Below are positions 63,467 to 64,000 of a stretch of 64,000 bases of DNA, piece after piece (position 1 is the first letter of the stretch; the number at the start of each line of letters is the position of its first letter). Below the pieces are notes generated by a model. That model worked only from the letters and a program-made list of their open reading frames with translations. It did no database searches and was not told the origin of the DNA. The DNA is taken from positions 433,195-497,194 of IMG/VR virus record IMGVR_UViG_3300017971_000185. One strand, written 5' to 3'. Both the position numbers and the translations under genes were made by a program.

Positions 63467-63651
63467 CTCGGTTGGTCTACGCCAATTTTAGACAAATGTT
63501 TACTTCGCGGGGTTAGAAGCTATCAAAAACGGCCCGTAGGGCATTGTTTTCGCACTTTTGCGTCAGCGCGGCAATTGATCGCGCTGCTTGCGCGGTTTAT
63601 TTTGGGGGTTTGATGGCGTAGATGTCACAGACGAGGATCGAGAGAGGTTGC

Positions 63652-63999
63652 AAAATGGCTGAGAAACGAGTGATGGACAACGATTTCGTACCTGGGCGCA
63701 TGCTCGCCTTCGTGGAGCCGGAACTTGATCGCGGATCCATTCTCGATCCGGGCCCAGTGTTCCGCGAAGAGATCGAGAACAGCGGTTCGGACATTAGCGA
63801 CCACGACATTCCGAAGGCCCTTCGTGGGGGCCTGCTGATCTTTGAGGGATGGATGGAGTTCACGAGCGGGCCCGACCCGGACTGCTACTTTGCCGGCGAA
63901 TGGCGACCGCTGACGCACTGGGAGATGTGCCGGCTGCGTGCGGGCCTCGATCTTCAACTCCACGAGCCAGATCTAGAACCCGCCGAGGTTTCACCATGA
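63652..63999 (+). CDS. Hypothetical protein
   Basis: GAGAGG RBS before MAEKRV; divergent from ORF 61208-63466. Confidence 0.55.
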   Translation, partial: KMAEKRVMDNDFVPGRMLAFVEPELDRGSILDPGPVFREEIENSGSDISDHDIPKALRGGLLIFEGWMEFTSGPDPDCYFAGEWRPLTHWEMCRLRAGLDLQLHEPDLEPAEVSP

Positions 64000-64000
64000 G

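Noticed and set aside
43100-64000. cas1, cas2, cas4 or cas6 near the array
   Set aside because: No ORF shows their motifs; they could still lie outside the window
1-64000. TAG stop-codon reassignment
   Set aside because: Many core genes (portal, scaffold, MCP) end in TAG followed by an RBS or terminator; only one in-frame TAG was noticed
1-64000. tRNA or rRNA genes
   Set aside because: No cloverleaf or T-loop/D-loop pattern recognised by eye; tRNAscan-SE would be decisive

Overview
This is a 64-kb segment of a large, GC-rich dsDNA phage, almost entirely + strand. About 0.4-37.7 kb is a virion/head module. It holds motif-tagged putative internal head proteins, a large terminase, a portal with one intein and three giant multidomain proteins (2H phosphoesterase-zincin-tRNA nucleotidyltransferase; double zincin; topoisomerase IB fusion). 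It also holds a prohead protease with two inteins, an acidic scaffold, a decoration protein and the major capsid protein (MCP). Next come three coupled homing-type endonucleases, an IbrA-GNAT-IbrB cluster and small accessory ORFs. The most striking locus (49.5-57.8 kb) is a phage-encoded, rearranged type I-C Cascade (cas7-cas5-cas8c/cas11). No cas3 HD nuclease, cas1, cas2 or cas4 is visible in the window. Instead it is translationally coupled to a non-Cas3 SF2 helicase, a SAM-methyltransferase-like protein and a basic protein. A ~26-unit mosaic CRISPR array follows, whose repeat variants co-vary to keep one hairpin. One short spacer, ended by a terminator, matches the cas promoter/leader at two sites (CreR-like autoregulation), and several others resemble genes of related phages. 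The island is bracketed by duplicated sequence ~12 kb apart, and MCP-derived fragments recur in accessory genes. All calls come from reading motifs by eye; no database search was run.
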